Shown here: positions 28,501 to 43,500 of the stretch, piece after piece
Layout of the letters: each line of letters opens with the position of its first letter
Numbering within the stretch: position 1 is the stretch's first letter
Source of the DNA: Heptranchias perlo
Taxonomy: Eukaryota
Reading direction: 5' to 3'
Assembly: GCF_035084215.1 (NCBI RefSeq)
Contig: NC_090357.1
Location: 19,034,001 to 19,098,000 of the forward strand
Length of the DNA stretch: 64,000 nt
The notes under the pieces: generated by a model
Told to the model about the DNA's origin: nothing
Databases searched by the model: none
What the model saw: only the letters and a program-made list of their open reading frames with translations
Translations under genes and position numbers: made by a program

Positions 28501-31500
28501 CAAAGGTTCTACATTTATTGCATTTTTAAATCTGTCTTTCACTGCGCTGAATACACTTAAAAAACAACTTAGAGATGCACAATGTAAAGCAGCCTTGCCA
28601 GTGTCCACATGTCAAGAACAAAAAAAACAAGATTATTCCACTGAAAGATCTGATACAAAATTAAGAAAAATAACAGTCAAAGAGAGAGTTTTTAGGATTT
28701 TTAACAAGTACGATTCAAAAAAGCAAATGGTAAAATATATTTGCTGCATTTAAAAATTAATTGTGTTGTATACATTTTCATGCTAACTCAATTTTACCAG
28801 CACATTTTTATATTTGTTTGATATAATATATCAATATTAATATAAAATCAATAATAAAAGCATTATTGCTTAATTTGATTCACATACTTCCATTTTCTTT
28901 ATGCTTTCATTCATTTTTTGTACTGAGAAAAGCAGGTTAGGCACACAAATTGTTTTAACAGAAGGTCAGACTAGGTAAGGTTAAAGAAGGAGGGAGGCCA
29001 AAAGGCAAGGGAGTAGAAATGAAGAGGAAAGGAAATCGGTAGCTCACAAATAAAATGCTGATCTGACTTGTGGATATGAAGAGACTGTCAGAATCAAGGG
29101 GGAAGGTATCAATTCAGAGATAAATCAATAGTGTAGAGTAAAAAAAAGGAACAAGTGAATCATAAGAGAGGCTCACAGAAACACAGCGGAACTGGGGAAA
29201 ACATGAAAAGAGAGGCAGAATCAGCACTCAGACTGATAGAAGAGACTGCTGCACTGAAACCAGCTACATATCAACGTTTGTCGCACCCTGAATACTGCCT
29301 TTCATATATAGCTCCAGCCTTTAAAAATAAGTAGATTACATTGTCTTTAAATGTGCAAAAACTGCTTGCTCTGTGACAGTCTGTTATTAAAAAAAAGATA
29401 AAATATCATATATACCTCATAAAAATCAAAACTGCCTAGCAAAGGATCCATTGTATTAGTGATGTACAATGAACGATCTGCAAGATTTTTATTAAAAATT
29501 ATTTTGTTGTACTGATTTCAGTCACTGTTGATTATTCAACAAGAATAAAGATTAAAGCTGCTCCATTAGCTTGGTGGGCAAGTGTGCCAAGCAGCGTGAC
29601 ACTGAGTCATATGGGTCAACTTCGATCTCGAGTCTGACCAAATGTAGCTGATCTCAACTGCTGCAGCAGTTGAGGTTTTGCAACCTGCCTCGGATTTCTG
29701 GGCTGAGGGGACGGGATGGTGCCGGGGTTGGGGAGTGGAGATCAGCCATGTTCCTATCTTAGTTGCTGTGCAGTAACCGTTGTTGGAAAGTGCACTTGTG
29801 TGGGCATTGTATAAGGGCAGGATTGGGGTTAGCTGTGATGCCGTCTATAAGAGAGAAAGTTTTGCATTTTATATTTTAGCGCCTTTCAAGACCTCAGGAC
29901 GTCCCAAAGCGCTTTACAGCCATTGAATTACTTTTGAAGTGTGGTCACTTTGCAATGTAGGAAATATTATCATCACATAGTATGTAAACACTCACAATCC
30001 TGGCTCACACCTGAGGAACGGTCACTTGAACCAGGTTCAGAGAGATACTAGCACCTCCAGAATCCCAGAAAAAAATAGACATTGATGTCATCCTACGAGG
30101 TGCATGGTGGAATAATGGGTTGGCACTGGACGAGCAACCCGGAGGCTGAGAGATTAAATCCCAGTATGGCAAGTTGTGGAAATGAATGCAACTAATCTAA
30201 TAATTTGTTGGCTGGCACCAGGAAAAATGTCCTTGAAAGGTTTTTTTTTGTGTTATAAAAACCCAACTGGTTCCCTAATGTCCTTCAGGGAAGGGAACCT
30301 GCCACCTCTACCTGGCCTGGACTACACATCACTCTAACCCACTGTATGTGCTTGATTCTGAAGTAGCTTAGCAAACCATTCAAGATTTGCAATAAATCTG
30401 GTCTTGCCAGCATTGTCCATATCCCAAGAATAAATCATAAAAAGTGCTCAATGTGTTAATAGCAAATTTCTCTCTCTCTGCTTTAATAGAGACATTAACC
30501 TGTTTATTTTAAATATATTAAATTGTCTGTTGGTCTGGCAGAGGGAAATTTGATACAAATGTGTTCAACACTAACATCGCAAACTATTTCCCTGAAAGAA
30601 GCAAGCAATGCTGTTAATATCTGTTTGTCCCTGGTACTTCTTCTCAACATATTTTGTCCATTCGTTACTGAATCCTGAGAAAACCTCTTTGCCTTGCATC
30701 CGTTTCATTCACAGACCACTTTGCCTTGCATCCGTTTCATTCACAGACTAGTCAACAGGTTGTAAAATGTTATTGTTTAACCAGAGATGAAGACAGCCAC
30801 AGAAACAGAAATATTGGTTTATGCTGCCTAAACTGCAGTTTATTCAAACCAAATATAGGTCTGTGTGAGTGACTAGGCCACAAAGTAATAGATCCTGACA
30901 GATTAATAACTTCCAACAGCCACTTTATTTTGGTGACTTTTGGGGGTGTTATGAGTCATATTCTTTCTGTTCAGCTTCAATATCTACTCAAGAAGGGTAA
31001 ACTGTTAACCTTTTATAATTTTGTATTAATAAAGTGACGTAAATTAACTGTTTACAGGAAGGCAGAAACAACTGTGCCCATGGCTTATCTGAAATCATTA
31101 CAGAGTCAGCAACTAAGCAGGAAGGACAGGGAGGAGCCAGATGGTGATTTGCATTATTGAAACTGAGGGAGATATTTTCCTTTCAGTGTTAAGTTTAAAG
31201 GGAAAAAAAGGTGTGAGTAAATAGGTAAGACTGTTTGAAAGTGGCAATGTCTCACTCCCATCCTAAACGGTGATAGGAACATAGCAGAAACAAAACATCA
31301 TTTGAATAAGTAGACCATGCATTTTATTTTCATGGGAAAATAATAAAATGTCACTATTTAAAAAAAGATCTTGGTGCAGCAGACACAGTTCAAAAGAGGT
31401 TTTCTCAGGATTCTGATTCTGATATTGTTTGCTAGTCAGTGCAGACCACGCTTAGAAAAGACAGAAATAAAACCTGCAAATCAAATGGCCTATTTGTAAA

Positions 31501-34500
31501 GGCCTTGTTAAAGGCGAGACACGAGAAGCATGTGCAGAATTGCACAGGGGGAACAGAAGCAGAACAGCGGTTAGTCAGCTAAACTGATGTTAGTCAGTTT
31601 GAGAAGGCACAGTTTTAAGTATTACCACAGTCTTTCTTAAAATCTTATCTTGAGGTCTGCAACATAATTTACCATTTTATTTAGAATGAGAAAATATTAA
31701 TCAGTGCTTTACTCAATTAACCCATAATATTTGCATCGACATATAAAATCTTGAATATCAATTTAACGATTGATTACAGAAGTCTCTAACAATATTATCC
31801 AAGAGTTGATGTGCAGAAATCTGTTCAGATGATTAGATAGTTCTAGTTTAGCCTTTGGATTGGCTTTGATATAAGTTAGTTAGTAAAGATGGACTAAAAT
31901 TAAATATACATTGGGCTAGGAATAGAAAATCTAATGCACTTCAATTGGAAAAGTAAATGAGAAACTGGGGAGGGAGCAACCAGGAGAAGCATTAAATGGA
32001 GAATAAGAAAATCAGAGGGTGAATAGCTGTGAACAGAAGGTCAGGTATCAAGAAATAAAACTGGTTTACCAAGGGCCTAAGAGTGGACATTTAGAAAAAC
32101 TAGACAAACTTAAGTATGACTGAAGGATAAGAAAAAAGTTAGAGAAGCTTGAGGTTATGTGCAAGAAAAGTAAGATAATATCAATGTATCATAGTAGATA
32201 CTGCATAGGAGGAGGCCATTCGGCCCATCATGCCTGTGCCGGCTCTTTGAAAGAGCTATCCATAGAAACATAGAAACATAGAAAATAGGAGCAAGAGAAG
32301 GCCATTCGGCCCTTCGGACCTGCTCCGCCATTCAAAATGATCATGGCTGATTGTCTAACTCAGTACCCTGTTCCTGCTTTTTCTCCATATCCCTTAATCC
32401 CTTTACCTTTAAGAAATATATCTATCTCCTTTTTGAATACATCTAATGACTTGGCCTCCACTGCCTGCTGTGGTAGAGAATTCCACAGGTTCACCACCCT
32501 CTGAGTGAAGAAATTTCTCCTCATCTCGGTTCGAAATGGCATGCCCCGTATCCTGAGACTGTGAACCCTGGTTCTGGACTCTCCAGCCATCAGGAACATC
32601 CTCCCTGCATCTAAACTGTCTAGTCTTGTTAGAATTTTATATGTTTCAATGAGATCACCTCTCATTCTTCTAAACTCTAGTGAAATAGGCCTAGTCGACC
32701 CAATCTCTCCTCATACATCAGTCCATCCCAGGAATCAGTCTGGTGAACCTTCATTGCACTCCCTCCATGGCAAGGACATCCTTCCTCAGATACGGAGACC
32801 AAAACTGCACACAATACTCCAGATGTTGTCTCACCAAGGCCCTGTTTAACTGCAGTAAGACATCCCTGCTCCTGTACTCAAATCCTCTTGCAATGAAGAC
32901 CAACATACCAACATCCAATTAGTCCCATTCCCCTGCTCTTTTCCCATAGCCCTGGAAATGTTTTCCTTTCAAGTATTTATCCAATTCCCTTTTGAAAGTT
33001 ACCATTGAATTTGCTTCCACCACCCTTTCAAGCAGTGCATCCCAGAAGATTACAACTCGCTGCATAAAAAAATGTTTCCTCATGCCACCTCTGGCTCTTT
33101 TGCTGATCATCTTAAATCTGTGTCCTCTGGTTACCAACATCTGCCACAGATAACTGTTTCTACTTATTTACTCTGTCAAAACCGTTCATGATTTTGAACA
33201 CATCTATCAAATCTCCCCTTAACCTTCTCTGTTCTAAGGAGAACAACCCCAGCTTCTCCAGTCTCTCCACATAACTGAAGTCCCTCATCCCTGGCACCAT
33301 TCCAGTAAATTTCTGAGTTTCGTATCATCCGCATGCTTTGAAATTATACCCTCTATACCCAAGTCCAGGTCATTAATAGATATCAAAAAGAGCAGTGGTC
33401 CTAATAGTGACCCCTGGGGCACACCATTGTATACTTCCCCTCCAGTCTGAAAAACAACCTTTCACCACTACTCTCTGCTTTCTGTCCCCTAGCCAATTTT
33501 GTATCCATGCTGCCACTCTCCTTTAACCCCATGGGCTTCAATTTTGATAAAAAATCTATGATGTGATACTTTATCGAATGCCTTTTGAAAGTCCATATAC
33601 ACAATATCAACCGCAGTACCCTCATCAGCCCTCTCCATTACTTCATCAAAGAACTCGATCGAGTTAGTCAAACACGGTTTTCCTTTAACAAATGCTGACT
33701 TTTATTTACTTTTCCAAGTGCCAATTAATTTTATCCCGGATTAGTGTCTCTAAAAGTTTCCCCACCACCAACATTAGGCTGACTGGCCTGTGATTGATGG
33801 GTTTATCCCTCTCCCCTTTTTTGAATAGGGATGTAACATTTACAATCCTCCAGTCTACCAGCACCATCCTCATATCTAAGGAGGATTGGAAGATAGTGGC
33901 CAGAGCTTCAGCAATTTCCACCCTTATTTCCCTCAGTGACCTAGAATGCATCTCATTTGGACTGGGTGACTTTTGTACTTTGAGTTACTGCCAATCTTAT
34001 AAGTACATCCTCTTTCTCTATTTTTATCCTATCCAATATCACTGCTATTTCCTCCTTTACTGCTTCAATGGAAGCATCCTCTTCGCTAGTGAAGACGGAG
34101 GTGAAGTATTCATTTAGTACCTCAGCCATGGCTTCTGCCTCCACAAAAAGATCTGTTTTTTGTCCCTAATTGATCCCACGCTTCCTTTGACTACCCTTTT
34201 ACTATTTATATGTTCATAAAAGACTTCTGGTTCCCTTTTATGTTCACCACTAATCTATTCTCATACTCTCTCTTTACCCATCTTATTCCCCTTTATAGAT
34301 CTCCTCTGTACTTTCTGTATTCAGACTGGTTCTCTACTGTATTAAGAACCTCACATTCGTCATAAGCCTCCTTTTTCTGTTTCACTTTAATCTCTATATT
34401 TTTAGTTATCCAGGGAGCTCTAACTTTGGATGCCCTTCCTTTCCCTCTCGTAGAGATGTGTCTACTCTGTTCCCGAACCAACTCCTCCTTGAAGGCCTTC

Positions 34501-37500
34501 CATTGTTCAATTACTGTTTTACCTAACATTTTTGATTCTAATCCGCCTGGGTTAGATCCCTTTTTAACTCATTGAAATTTGCCCAGCTCCAGTATTTTCA
34601 CATTTGATTGTTCCTTGTTCTTTTCCACAATTATTCTAAACCTAATATTATGATCACAGTTCCCCATATGCTCCCCCACTGAAACATGCTCCACCTGCCC
34701 CACCTCATTCCCCAAAATAGACCCAGCACTGTTTCCTTCCTGGTTGGGCTAGAAACACACTGTTCCAGAAAGTTCTCTTGAACACATTTCTCCCCATCTT
34801 TGCCCTTTACACCGTTACTGTCCCAGTCTATATCGGGATAATGATGGTTAAAAGCTAAGGATAGACATGAGTTTCATATGGTCAGTTTGATATGTTTATA
34901 AGGGACGAGAGTTTGGTAGTACTCATAATGAGAAACTGTGTGTAGTTAAAATAAAATATTTAATCTGAGATGTGAGGAAAAGGGAATATATATGTGGATG
35001 GAAACCTGAGAACTTACCAAAAAAGATGAGTATTAAGGTAAACAACAGAAAAAACATAAGGATAAAAAGGCACAACGATGGGGAAGATACCAACATAATG
35101 AAGGTCAATGCATCCTGGAGAAGCCTGCGAATGCCTTATAGATGTGATGGCATGATTAATATTGAAGGGTCAAAAAATAGAAAATATGCAAATACTGAAA
35201 TTTCAATGACCTCAAATCTGTTTTTAATTTAAATATTTGAAACCATCTGTGAATACAAACATAGACGATTTTATTTTCAGGCAGAAAATCTCCAACTAGA
35301 AAACTACAAGGGGGTGAAATTGGACATGGGTGGAGACACAAAACAGGCAGAATCAATTAAACTGAATATGAGGCGGAGCGTGTAACAGGTGACCGATGCG
35401 ATTACACCTGTTTTGTGTCTCTGCCCATGTCCAATTTCACACCCTCAAGTGTTGAAGTTTCTTAATTTCATCGCTGGCCAGTACTGAAGTTTTCAAAATA
35501 AAAATGTTGCTGTTCATTTATTTATCTCTTTCCTCCTGTGTTCAATTATTTGCCCTGTAATTTAATTACATTCCTACTCTCAGTGTGTCTGGGGCATGCA
35601 GAATGCAAAAATGTCTTTAGTTTACAATATATGTCAGAGCAGACAGTCAGTTATACAAACAGTACAAGAAGTCACAAGTGTTTTTATGTAATGTATGAGA
35701 CATACTTCATCAAGTTCCTTCCTTCGTCATACAATTGCTTCGACTAATTGGTTCTTCTGCAGTCAGACGTGCTTTACCATCAGATATTTTTGCTGGCAGC
35801 CTTTAGCTATGTTTATATGTGCAGGGCCTTGTGAGCAAACAAGGGATTTTATCAATTTTCATGGAAATCATTAGGCACAAGTATCCATATCAGGATTCAC
35901 AAACTTTGTATCAGTCAAACCTTTTTAGCAATTTAGTTGCTTGAGAAATGTGAAAGGAGTATTATTACAGGTGCATATAGTCAGCCACTTTTCTAGCTAA
36001 TGAATTAATATTGCATGAAATTCCCTGTCCTAAATGGTATGGCTTCACTATTTTGATATCTGACCCTTAAAATCTATGAAAGTAGGGAATTTAACCAGTC
36101 ATTTCTGTACAGGTGGCCAGCATGCTCTGTAATGCTCTTGTAGTGATACTTTATGTTTGTCATTATTTTGAGATTAGCAAGAATTAACCAACTATATTAT
36201 AAGTGGTTCAAATGGAACCCAACCATAGTGTGATAATTAACTTTTGTTAATATGAACCACCTTTAAAGTTCTTTTTCATAGAATTACAGATTTTATGTCG
36301 CTTTTAATCCTTACTAAAAAGATACAGGCTTCATTTCCGTAGATGTTTCCCTCACTGGGTCAGCTCATTAAAACAGACAGGAACTCAGCCATATAGAAGA
36401 GGAAATTCTCAGATTTAATCCTCAGTCTGTGCTGAGTTAGCTGATCTGAAGCAGGGTGGTAGCATTGGGTCTCAGTGGCCCTGGTTATGGAGGAGAAAAT
36501 CAGTCAGGGCCACCTCTGATTACTACCCAGTAACAACTCCAGGAAGCGCATGTACAGTGGTATCGGGCAATGATAGGAGCAGACTTAGCTGTGGTGCTCT
36601 CAACTGTCCAATAGTCTGTTGACACTCACTATCTATGCTCACACATGAAGAACAGTCACTCCTGTTCAGGAGTCCTATCAGGCCCTTATTCTAGCCATAA
36701 GTCAAAGTTTCAGGAGAGGAGAGGAGCGAGGCACTAAATATTGGCAAAAATAATAGCTTTTATTTACACGACAGGCTTCTTGAGTTCAACATTGGCCACT
36801 GTGAAATAATTTATAAGTGTTAATTAATGGCTATAAAAACTATTGCCTGCAGTCAACTATCTCCATTAATAAAGTATTGGTGGGGTGGTGATATTTTTAC
36901 TATTACATATATCCTGATCTGAGGATTTCTTTATAATTATTGGTTAGTTTTAAACAATTTTGATCATGGAACATTTTAGTAACATGTTACTGAGCTGTGA
37001 TAAGAGACAGACGTGATCATATAAAAATATTGACATACACAGAGGCCTGGCAACTCTTAATCATTAGGTGTGAAACTCACTCATTTTAATTTCGTATGTC
37101 GTCCATTTTAATTTACCTAATTCTGCAAAATAACTGCCATGCCGTGAGTCAACGGATATACAGCCTGTGTTACTTTCTGATAATAAATTCTAACTCCAAA
37201 CACTTCCCTGATGTAAACAGGTCTATATACAGAAGGATGCTGAACTTATAAAAAGTAGAACATATTCATGTTTAACTGAGTCAACACTGAAATAAAAATG
37301 ATTAAAATATAAAGATTTGCAGCTTGATAGTTCACTGATGGAGGTCTGCAGATTTCTACTGTGGGCACCCAGGACTATGCTGAAGGTAACGCCAGCCTCG
37401 TACTAAAAGCTGCTTCTCAATTACAAAGTAAACCACATAGTATTGTTGCTCCAAACTTAACAAGCAAAATAATGCAAGAGCAAAACAACTGACCTTTTGA

Positions 37501-40500
37501 ATCTTTGCAGAGTTCATTTTCAGTGGTTTCATCTAACTGCTCATCGCAAGGGACCACAAATGTGACAATGTACGGATGGCAATACTGTAATCTGTGCTGT
37601 CTATCTTCACCGTGCTTTGGAAACGAGGGGTATTTTATTGCGTGCAACACCACAAATTTTCAAATATGCCCCCATTTTACCTTTCTAAAGCATTTTAGAT
37701 GAAAGAAAATTCATATTGGAGAAATAATTAAATACGTTCTGTGATTAAAAATGTTCTTTGTTTGCCCCAGTAATTACGGATGGGGGACAGAAAGCCATTT
37801 GGCTTTGGGTGCCCATAAAGTTTGAATATCTGAATTTGCTGTTATGGGATTTTTTTGTCATAAATGAATGTAGTAGGTTACAGTATAATATATTTTTATT
37901 TTGAAGGAGTCCTTCCAAATTCTAACAGCAAAATATTAAATTGTATGTTTCACTTCTTTTATAAATATTATATAAATTCCTTTGATAGCAAATAAGAGAT
38001 TTGAACTCTGTGCATTATTATATATGGGGTTTTAATCCCCATCTCAATTTTATAATTTATTTTCCTTGAGCAGCACAGCAGGAAGTTATTGGGGTAGAAA
38101 TTCGTTGTGGTTAGTAGCGCAAAGGCCGCCTGTTATACGCCCCACGCGATATTCGGTATTGGGCGGGGTGTCTACGATCCCACCCCAGACAGATTCCTAC
38201 CCCATTTTGTTTCTCCCCACTTTGTTGCCACTGGATTCCAGTCATCAGAGGTTTAAACAAACAGGCCTAGCAGGGTGAAGAAGGGAGCACCTTGGCAGCC
38301 AGAAACTCTTCAGGATAGCAGTAAAATGGGAGGGCAGTAGGGCAGTCGGGCAGAGAGACTCATCTAGAAAGGAATGACGCCAGAGAGATTATAATCAGGA
38401 GGCAGGAGATCCATGGAATTTTTGGAGGGAGGCTCGGAGAGCTCGAGGTATCACATTTCAAAACTCTGGAATACTCCTCCGCAATTGGGACAGTGGGTCA
38501 GGATAAAACTGATCCTCAAAATTGGAATGTCCCATTGAATAAGAACAGTTTAGACCCAGGAATAACACAGGAATTCCATTGACTTCTTTCAAAAAAAAAC
38601 ACAAAGTTTTATAAAATGAGCTTCTACTCCCTTTGTGGCAGGAGTGCAGCAAGCAAGCAGTGAATTTTTTTAAAAACACACTGTAAATGAATATTAAATT
38701 TGGAACTTAAAAAAAAATCCCCAATATATTCCAAACAACCTCTCGTGAGCTGCACATCGGTGCCCATATCTGATAGCATTAATACAGTTTCCCCCTACGT
38801 CCGTGTAACTCAGGCACAATTTCCTCTGACCTTGGCCTTGTTTTGTATACTGAACAGAGGAGGATCCCCGGTCTTCAGAAATTACTGTTAAAACAACTTC
38901 CTCAAGTTTTAAAAGTTTATGGAGTAAAATTGATAATATTTTAATTACAATAGACCTCGCACTTTGAGTCAAGATAAATAATTACTGATAGCTATCCAGG
39001 AACTGTTGTGAAATGACCGTCTGTTTGACACTATCACTCACCCAAGGAGTCACACTAATCTAAAACTCTTTACTGAAAGTTTCAATTTACATTGAGAAGA
39101 AACTGTATTTTCTGATTGAGTACATTTCATGAGGAAGCACATCACCATTCAAAATTAAATAATCTTAAAAACATCCTAATGTCATTTCATTACATTAGGA
39201 AATGAGTGTTCTCAATGGGAATCAATAGCATTTAACTGTAATTTTTATACTTAATTTATTAGCTTTTACTGAAGAAACACCAAACTTGACATTTCTGAAT
39301 TAATAAAGACATAAAGATGCGGCCAAAGAAGCCTTGGTGAGTTGCTGCAGTGCATCCTGTGGATAGTACACACTGCACTCCTCGAACAATATGTCATGGA
39401 ACCAACCAGGGAACAGGTTATTGTAGATCTTTTACTGTGTAATGAGACAGGATTAATTAGTAATCTCACAGTAAAGGATCCCCTGGGGAAAAGTGATCAT
39501 AATATGATAGAATTTCAAATGGAGTTTGAGAGTGACATACTTAAGTCAGAAACTGAAGTCTGAAACTTAAATCAAGTTATGAGGGGTGAGTTGACAAAGG
39601 TAGATTGTGAAATTAGATTAAAGGGTATGACGGTGGATAAGCAATGGCAAACATTTAAAGAAATATTTCAATATTCTCAATGAATATACATTCGATTGAG
39701 AAATAAAAACTTCATGGGAAAAGTGATTCATCAGTGGCTAACTAAAGAAGTTAAGCATGGTATTAGATCAAAAGAAGAAGCCTGTAATGTTGCCAAGAAG
39801 AGTAGTAAGCCTAATGATTGGGAGAGTTTTAGAAACCAGCAAAAGATGAGCAAAAAATTGATAAAAAGGGAGAAAATAGAATATGAGAGAAAACGAGCAA
39901 GAAATAGAAAAATGGATTGTAAGAGCTTCTACAAGTGTGTAAAAAGGAAGAGAGTAACAAAAGTAAATATTGGTCCCTCAGAAGCTGAGACAGGAGAAAT
40001 TATAATGGGGAATAAGGAAATGGTAGAGACGATAAACAAATATTTTGTGTCTGTCTTCAAAATAGAAGGCAGAAAAAGCATACCAGAAATAATGGAGAAC
40101 CAACGGGCTGATAAGAGTGAGGAACTTAAAGTAATTAACATCGGTAGAGAAAAAGTACTGGAGAGACTAATGGGACTGAAAGCCAATAAATCCCCTGGAC
40201 CGCATGGCTTACATCCTAGGGTTTTAAAGGAGGTGGATGCAGAGATGGTGGATGCATTGGTTGTGATCTTCCAAAATTCCCTAGATTCTAGAACAGTCCC
40301 AGCGAATTGGAAGGTAGCAAATGTAACCCCGTTATTCAAGAAAGGAGGGAGAGAGAAAACAGGGAGCTACAGAAAAATATATCCCTGTGAGGAGGAAAGA
40401 CTCCACAAAAAGGGTGAACCAACCATGGCTAACTAAGGAAGTAAAAGATGGTGTCAGGTTAAAAGAAAAAGCATACAACATGGCAAAGATTACTGGTAAG

Positions 40501-43500
40501 CCCGAAGATTGGGAAAACTTTAAAAACCAGCAAAGGATGACTAAAAGAATAATAAAGAGGAGAAAATAAATTATGAGAGTCAACTAGCAAGAAATATAAA
40601 AACTGACAGTAAAAGCTTCTACAAATATATAAAAAGGAAGAGGGTAGCTAAAGTAAACATTGGTCCCTTAGAGTATGAGACTGGGGAAATAATAATAGAA
40701 AACAAGGAAATGGCAGAGGAATTGAACAGATATTTTGTATCTGTCTTCACAGTAGAAGACACTAATAATATACCAATAATAGTAGAAAATCAAGGGGCAA
40801 AGGGGAGGGAGGAACTAAAAACAATCACTATCACTAGAGAAAAAGTACTAGGTAAACTAATGGGTCTAAAGGCTGACAAGTCCCCTGGACCTGATGGCTT
40901 GCATCCGAGGGTCTTAAAGGAAGTGGCTTCAGAGATAGTGGATGCATTGGTTGTAATCTTCCAGAATTCACTAGATTCTGGAAAGGTCCCAGCGGATTGG
41001 AAAACCGCAAACATAACACCCCTATTCAAGAAAGGAGTGAGACAGAAAGCAGGTAACTATAGACTAGTTAGCCTAACATCAGTCATTGGAAAAATGCTAG
41101 AATCCATTATTAAGGAAGTAGTAGCAGAACATTTGGAGACTCATAATACAATCAAGGAGAGTCAACATGGTTTTATGAAGGGGAAATCGTGTCTGACAAA
41201 TTTATTAGAATTCTTTGAGGAAGTAATGGGCAGGGTGGATAAAGGGGAACCAATGGATGCAGTATATTTGGATTTACAAAAGGCATTTGATAAGGTGCCA
41301 CATAAAAGATTACTGCACAAGAGCTCATGGTGTTGGGGGTAATATACTGGCATGGATAGAGGATTGGCTAACTAACAGAAAACAAAGAGTCGGGATAAAA
41401 GAGTAATTTTCAAAATGGCAATCTCTAACTAGTGGGGTGCCACAGGGCTCAGTGCTGGGGCCTCAACTATTGACAATATATATCAATGACTTGGATGAAG
41501 GAACAGAGTGTCTTGTGGCCAAATTTGCTGATGATACAAAGATAGGTAGAAAAGCAAGTTGTGATGAGGACACAAAGGGCCCGATATTAGGAGGGCGGCG
41601 GGTTCTCAGTGGGGGATCGACTGGCCGCGTGGGTAACGTGCCCGGTGAAATCAGTGTGCTCCGCACGGAATCGCAGGCTAATTGGAGCCACTTACCTGTG
41701 CTTCCGGGTTTCGCGCTGGAGAGCTGCGCAGCGGGCGGACTGCGCATGCGCAGCAAAGTCTGTCAGCAGGAGGGGCAGTCCACCAATGCTCCTCCTGCAG
41801 CAAACAACCAATTCTGAACCATGGAGCAGGCCAGAGGAAAGGCTGCCCCAAGGTTTTCGGACTCCTCACTCCAGGTGCTGCTCGATGGGGTGAGGAGAAG
41901 GAAGAAATCCTTTTCCCATCCGATGGGAGGAAGTGCCCTCCCTCCACCACCAAGAAGGTCTGGCTGGAGGTGGCCGAGGAGGTCACCTGCTGTGGCAATG
42001 TGCCACGAACTAGGGTCCAGTGCAGGAAGAGATTTAATGACCTAACCAGGTCAGCCAAAGTGAGTATACTTACGCATTCTCCCACACTCCGTCTTCCACA
42101 TCACCTCCACCACCACACAACCCCTTCTGTACTGCCACCACAACGCTCTCGCATCACTCCTCACATCCACTCAACTATCATCCTCATCTTGCCGACATGT
42201 ACTCAACGCCCCTGTCCCCATTCGAACACTACCAATCCTCATACAATCTCATGGCTATGTTGCACACGCACCCTTCCATGCATCTCCCTCACGCTCAACC
42301 AATGCATGCAGCGGGTCACCATGCAATCATCACTCAATCATGCCTCTGTTAGAAGAGATGCCAGAACGCCCGGGAGAGGGCAAGGACCGGAGGGGGCCCG
42401 CCACACCAGGTGGCACTAACAGACGCAGAGCAGCAGGCATTGGAGATCAGCCGCACGCTGGAGTGCCTGTCCGTGGCGGATGCCGACATTGGGATTGCAC
42501 AAGCGGCCGGTGACAGAAAGCTAACACTCAGCACTCATGATAGCGAATGATCTTAGCATCACTTGGCATCTGCAGCACCTCAACATCTGTCCACATGCCT
42601 AATATTGCTTTCTGTTCTCTTGCAGGCCCATCTGCGAGCGCCATGACCATGGAGGGCGATTCCTCAGAGGACTTGCCGGCCTCTGAGGATCCATCGTCAC
42701 ATCTGAGCCATCCACCCACCAGCGCAGAGACACACACCTTGGTGGGTCCCCATCCTCACTTAGTTGGGCTTGCACATGGTGAGTCACCACGCACATGTGA
42801 GCACGAGCAGACCCTGGTGGCAGGGGCAGCCGTGGAGAGTCCGCGTCGGTGGGAGCACTCTTCTCTAGGCTCTGCTCAGCTGGACCCAGATGCTGAACCC
42901 TGGGGGCCAGCCATGAAAAAGAGAGTCATCGAGGGGCAGCAGCATATTGCCGAGATGCTGGAACAGGTGCCACGCACACCCTCCACAATCGCGCAGAGGA
43001 TGGAGGAGTCCAAGTCCTGCATGAGGGGAAGGGTGGCACAGGTACAGGAGGGTATCTCCGAGATAGTGTCGCAGGTAGGTGCGGGAATGTCTGCGATGGA
43101 GGAAAGGCGAGCCTCCATCGAGCGTCAAGCACAGCTCAACAATGGGTCCATTCAGGACCTGACAATGGCATTCGGATTCAGGGTGAGCAACATTCTGCTG
43201 CCTTAAACAGGCTGACAGATACTTTAAAAGTGGCCTTCCAAGGCCTCACACAAGCCCTCCAAACTGCCATCCAGCAGGGTGGAAGGAGTGATGTGGGCCT
43301 GGGCCAGGAGAGGAATGATGGTGAAAGGGGACATGGAAGTGGGGACGCCACTCAAAGCGCTCCCACGTCTCACCCGTTGCCTCCCTCTCAACCAGTACCC
43401 GCACTGCTGCCCCCTCTCCAGATGGCCGAGTCTGCTCCTGCACAGGTGCAGGTGGAGCAGTCTTTGGAGCGGCTCTCACGGACACCGAAACCCAGAGGGC

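Noticed and set aside
37494-37614. Possible minus-strand exon HGEDRQ..CKDSK with donor AAG|GTCAGT
   Set aside because: Best acceptor is phase 0, incompatible with the phase-1 TM donor; no recognisable motif.
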